From assembly GCA_017407705.1 (NCBI GenBank), contig JAFQWA010000029.1, forward strand, positions 1,628-65,627: a stretch of 64,000 bases of DNA, in the 5' to 3' direction. The first letter of the stretch is position 1. Each line of letters begins with the position of its first letter. Below the pieces are notes generated by a model. The model did not search any database. It saw nothing but the letters and a program-made list of their open reading frames with translations, and was not told the DNA's origin. The stretch is from Clostridia bacterium (lineage in GTDB: Bacteria; Bacillota; Clostridia; Oscillospirales; Acutalibacteraceae). This document shows positions 63,483-64,000 of this stretch, piece after piece. The position numbers and the translations under genes are program-made.

Positions 63483-64000
63483 ATGAAAAAAATAAAACTT
63501 GTTGCTTTACCTGTCCTTTGCGCAGATGTCTTTGACGGTACAAACGAAATACGTCCCGGTGGCGAAGCGCTGAACTTTTCAGTACACGCCGCCGAGTTTT
63601 CGGAGTTTGATGTGACGCTTTTAGGTGTTATCGGCGATGACGATTACGGCAAATGCATTATGTCATCAATAGCAAATAAAAACATCAACACAAAGTATGT
63701 CAGGGTTGATAAAACCCACCCCACAGCCCACAACACAACCTACCTTACCGAAAAGGGCGACAGATATTACAAAGAGGATTCCTGGACCGGTGATGTCTTG
63801 GAAAATATAGTTCTTGACGATGCCGAAACAAAGCTGATCTGTGAGTCTGACGTAGTTTTTATTCATTTTGGAGCATCTTGCTTTGACCAGGTCTTAGAGC
63901 TTAGAAAAAAACACAAATTTAAGCTTGCGGTGGATTTTGACGTAAATAGAGATTTTGACAAAATGGAGCAGTACGCACCTTATGTCGATTTCTTTATGAT
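63483..64000 (+). CDS. PfkB-family carbohydrate kinase, N-terminal part (runs off the window)
   Basis: Not in the track because there is no stop. AGGAG upstream of ATG 63483. MKKIKLVALPVLCADVFDGTNEIRPGGEALNFSVHAAEF ... LLGVIGDDDYGKCI resembles ribokinase-like kinases. Confidence 0.6.
   Translation, partial: MKKIKLVALPVLCADVFDGTNEIRPGGEALNFSVHAAEFSEFDVTLLGVIGDDDYGKCIMSSIANKNINTKYVRVDKTHPTAHNTTYLTEKGDRYYKEDSWTGDVLENIVLDDAETKLICESDVVFIHFGASCFDQVLELRKKHKFKLAVDFDVNRDFDKMEQYAPYVDFFM

Noticed and set aside
1-64000. Search for mobile elements, prophage, defence islands, and tRNA or rRNA genes
   Set aside because: No transposase, integrase, recombinase, phage structural, restriction or toxin-like ORF was seen, and no cloverleaf-like or rRNA sequence. 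The only duplication footprints are the terminator repeat at 51617/52134 and the binding-protein paralogs.

Overview
The window is a 64-kb chromosomal segment of a low-GC Firmicute. It looks like Clostridia, probably Ruminococcus/Oscillospiraceae-like, based on a type-I dockerin protein, GH9/GH38/GH140 genes, a Phe T-box, a class-A RNase P RNA and Thr/Pro-rich lipoprotein linkers. This taxon call is inference. I see no rRNA, tRNA, CRISPR, transposase, integrase or prophage genes.

Housekeeping content:
- pheS-pheT behind a T-box leader
- the dGTPase-dnaG-rpoD block followed by an Rrf2 regulator
- rpmE, rpe, rnpB, rlmD and htrA
- an indolepyruvate:ferredoxin oxidoreductase operon (paaK-iorA-iorB-paaK-ACT)

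Accessory content is dominated by a roughly 17-kb, single-strand (minus) locus at 32044..49032. In transcription order it encodes:
- a 979-aa solute-binding protein with two CBM-like N-terminal modules
- two permeases
- an NHL-propeller/TPR/Yip1 membrane fusion protein
- an 878-aa DUF5696-like lipoprotein
- a second permease pair
- three tandem paralogous lipoprotein binding proteins; the last two have their own promoter and all three their own terminator

This locus has no ATPase, no recognisable glycosidase family and no internal regulator. It is flanked by an AraC regulator and two uroporphyrinogen-decarboxylase-family (URO-D) genes. I consider it the best candidate for an uncharacterised system.

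Other points worth a second look:
- a GH140 / B12-radical-SAM / HTH-ADP-ribosylglycohydrolase operon
- a hairpin-dense 320-nt convergent intergenic region
- a strongly promoted acidic peptide gene with 10 cysteines
- a plus-strand terminator placed so that one URO-D mRNA would run antisense across a PAP2 gene
- a duplicated terminator module flanking a small membrane zinc-ribbon gene
- a dockerin-bearing HExxH protein
- an ECF S-component coupled to an ABC exporter

All family calls come from motifs read by eye. No database search was run.
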